Shown here piece by piece: positions 62,701 through 64,000 of a stretch of DNA of 64,000 nucleotides. The notes beneath the pieces are model-generated. The model was not told where the DNA came from, did not search any database, and saw only the letters and a program-made list of their open reading frames with translations. A program made the position numbers and the translations under genes. Numbering within the stretch: position 1 is the first letter of the stretch; each line of letters begins with the position of its first letter. Source of the DNA: Eledone cirrhosa (lineage: Eukaryota); the NCBI GenBank assembly GCA_964016885.1, contig OZ024740.1, positions 433,442,001 to 433,506,000 on the forward strand, written 5' to 3'.

Positions 62701-64000
62701 GGTTAAATGACCTAGTTTCTCTCATCTGTTTGGGGTGAAAGACCTAGTTTCTCTCATCTGTTTGAGGTGAAAGACATAGTTTCTCTCATCTGTTTGGGGT
62801 GAAAGACCTAGTTTCTTTCATCTGTTTGGGGTCAAAGACCTAGTTTCTCTCATCTGTTTGGGGTGAAAGACCTAGTTTCTCTCATCTGTTTGGGATGAAA
62901 GACCTAGTGTCTCTCATCTGTTTGGGGTAAAAGTCCTAGTTTCAATCATCTGTTTGGGATGAAAGACCTTGTTTCTCTCGTCGGTTTGGGGTGAAAGACC
63001 TAGTTTCTCTCATCTGTTTGGGGTGAAAGACCTAGTTTCTTTCATCTGTTTGGGATGAAAGACTTAGTTTCTCTCATCTGTTTGGGATGAAAGACCTAGT
63101 TTCTTTCATCTGTTTGAGGTGAAAGACCTAGTTTCTCTCATCTGTTTGGGGTGAAAGACCTACTTTCTCACATCTGTTCGGGGTGAAAGACCTAGTTTCT
63201 TTCATCTGTTTCAGGTGAAAGACCTAGTTTCTCTCATCTGTGTGGGGTGAAAGACCTAGTTTCTCTCATCTGTTTGGGGTGAAAGACCTAGTTTCTCTCA
63301 TCTGTTTGGGGTGAAAGACCTAGTTTCTTCCATCTGTTTGGGGTGAAAGACCTAGTTTCTCTCATCTGTTTGGGATGAGAGACCTAGTTTCTGTCATGTT
63401 TGGGGTGAAAGACCTAGTTTCTTTCCTCAGGTGAAAGACCTAGTTTCATCTGTTTGAGGTGAAAGACCTAGTTTCTCTCATCTGTTTGGGGTGAAAGACC
63501 TAGTTTGTCTCATCTGTTTGGGGTGAAACACCTAGTTTATCTCATCCGTTTGGGGTGAAAGACCTAGTTTCTCCTATCTGTTTGGGGTGAAAGACCTAGT
63601 TTCTCTCATCTGTTTGGGGTGAAAGACCTAGTTTCTCTCATCTGTTTGGGGTGAAAGACCTAGTTTCTCTCATCTGTTTGGGATGAAAGTCCTAGTTTCT
63701 TTCATCTGTTTGGGGTGAAAGACCTAGTTTCTTTCATCTGTTTGAGGTGAAAGACCTAGTTCCATCTGTTTGAAGTGAAAGACCTAGTTTCTCTCATCTG
63801 TTTGGAGTGAAAGACCTAGTTTCACTCATCTGTTTGAGGTGGAAGACTTAGTTTCTCTCATCTGTTTGGGGTGAAAGACGTAGTTTCTCTCATCTGTTTG
63901 GGGTGAAAGACCTAGTTTCTGTCATCTGTTTGAGGTGAAAGGCCTAGTTTCTTTCATCTGTTTGAGGTGAAAGACGTAGTTTCTCTCATCTGTTTGGAGT

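Larger units (their letters stand above)
8108..64000 (+). repeat. Satellite DNA array, 32-bp monomer, ~1750 head-to-tail copies, continues past the window end
   Basis: Consensus GAAAGACCTAGTTTCT(C/T)TCATCTGTTTG(G/A)G(G/A)T. The period of 32 is read from AAAGACC at 8471 and 8503. Single orientation throughout, with occasional 31-, 30-, 28- and ~22-bp deletion monomers. I saw no non-satellite insertion. Confidence 0.99.

Noticed and set aside
8108-64000. CRISPR array (32-bp partly palindromic repeat containing GAAAG)
   Set aside because: Monomers are directly head-to-tail with no unique spacers, there are no cas genes, and the context is eukaryotic retroelements.

Overview
Eukaryotic, gene-free, repeat-dominated window. 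The SINE and RTE families resemble those of cephalopods (Octopus); this is recognition from memory, not a database result. The first ~8.1 kb is a nest of dead retroelements: a CR1/L2-type RT fragment, a 5'-truncated RTE LINE whose RT carries an internal PHD-like finger, further RTE 3' ends and several tRNA-derived SINEs. It also holds two minisatellites (34 bp and 48 bp). From ~8108 to the window end is an uninterrupted ~56 kb satellite of a 32-bp monomer (~1750 copies) with nested kb-scale duplications. Main observation: the tandem repeats appear to be born from pieces of retroelements that are still visible in the window. The 34-mer comes from a SINE A-box head (strong), the 48-mer from an RTE 3' UTR motif (strong), and the 32-mer possibly from a SINE central domain (tentative). 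No intact host gene, CRISPR array or prokaryotic feature is supported.
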